A program made the translations under genes and the position numbers. The notes under the pieces were generated by a model, which saw nothing but the letters and a program-made list of their open reading frames with translations, had not been told where the DNA came from and searched no databases. Shown here piece by piece: positions 51,714 through 64,000 of a DNA stretch of 64,000 nt. Numbering within the stretch: position 1 is the stretch's first letter; each line of letters starts with the position of its first letter. The stretch is from Tubiluchus corallicola (lineage: Eukaryota; Animalia; Priapulida), in the NCBI GenBank assembly GCA_030141605.1, contig JAQGDQ010000135.1, positions 434,001 to 498,000 of the forward strand, in the 5' to 3' direction.

Positions 51714-52484
51714 GATGCCCCATAGACACACCTCATATCAGAGATCATTTCCTTATCTTGTATGTCAACAGATGATATTTTCCTGTTCTATTACTAGTTG
51801 CAGAGATTTGGGTTTAGTTTGTTTAAGCTCCACACAAAAGTATGTTATAAGCGAAATAAAACTTGACTTCTGATAGAACATCATATTCGACTATGAGCAA
51901 AGTTCATGCTGTACTCAGTTGACTTGTAAGCTTAAGTGGAGAGCTGTAGCTAATCCTTTCCAAGGTTGCTATTCTTCTTTATTAGATTGCTGACATTTGA
52001 TTGGCGAGATCCTGAAGTGTTTTACTGAGTAGCAGAGATGAAGTGAGGCAGAGAGTGAAATGCATGTACTTTTACATATATATATACTATCTGTACCAGA
52101 ATTTGTATCTAGTATTATAATAATAATATATATGTGCAATTATATGTACTATTATAGTATTGGGTACAAGATACAAATTTTAATAAATTTTTACCAATTA
52201 TGTAAGCAGAGAGTTTTTTGCATTGAACCATATTGGTTCTTGCACTATATAAAAAAGTAGCATTATAACTAATAGTTAGAGATATTATTAATCAGTTTTC
52301 AACGTGTTAAAACAGACGAGCAGTTTTTCGATGCAAATTACACAATACATGTATTTTTATATAAAACTATATATGTGTAATATATATACATTTTTGCAAT
52401 TACAATTACAATACATTCACATTATTATTTATTAACATTTCAGGTTGAAAACTGTACATTAGAAGTTAAATAGAAGACTTCATA

Positions 52485-63598
<11,114 letters not shown>

Positions 63599-64000
63599 AC
63601 TTTGAATAAGCCTACGCTGGTTAAACTATTTTGAACTTTTGTAGCTTATCTAATGTTCATGCAAAAATATGAGAAAGTTAGCTATATCTAATTTTTTGTA
63701 GAAACTTATTAGGCCTATACTTTTGATGGAAATTGACAGTGCGCTGCTTTCTTCATAAATGAAAGATGTCATTGGGGAAGAATGACATTCAAAATGGGAG
63801 CACCAAAGTTTGAAATGATCGCTACGTTAAAGTGATTTTACTAATCACACAAGGTGCTTATCACACTTTTATTACTAAATCCTAACATTTTTCACCTACA
63901 TTAAAATAATCCTAACTTTCTAGAAGGCTTGGCCTTTCCTTTAATAAGTGTGTAAAGAAATTATTTACAATTGTAGTGCTATTTAAACTTTATTTATTTG

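Overview
AT-rich, intron-rich animal (invertebrate) genomic DNA with no prokaryotic features. I rebuilt four genes by hand from GT-AG exons with consistent phases. (1) A + strand Cys-rich, probably GPI-anchored protein with two 6-Cys repeats (3210-13028, first exon unresolved), which the ORF track shows only as fragments. (2) An uninterrupted nucleotide-diphospho-sugar transferase (PF03407/GT77-like) coding block at 25912-26736. (3) A 14-exon DBH-like monooxygenase (MOXD1-like) on the - strand (38619-50671). (4) Head-to-head with it, an SLC3A1/rBAT-like GH13 membrane protein (52485 to about 63600) that keeps the full alpha-glucosidase active-site motifs. The rest is transposon debris: a BEL/Pao remnant with its 3' LTR, a nest of CR1/L2/Tx1/RTEX-type LINE fragments, hAT/Kolobok/mariner-like MITEs, and micro/minisatellites. 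The most notable non-coding signals are a complete TSD-flanked SINE made of a 5S rRNA head and an RTE-like body and tail (23698-24167), a back-to-back inverted pair of Penelope-type hammerhead ribozyme motifs just downstream of the glycosyltransferase (27031-27122), and another hammerhead-like motif in an SLC3 intron. Family assignments come from motif recognition, not database searches.
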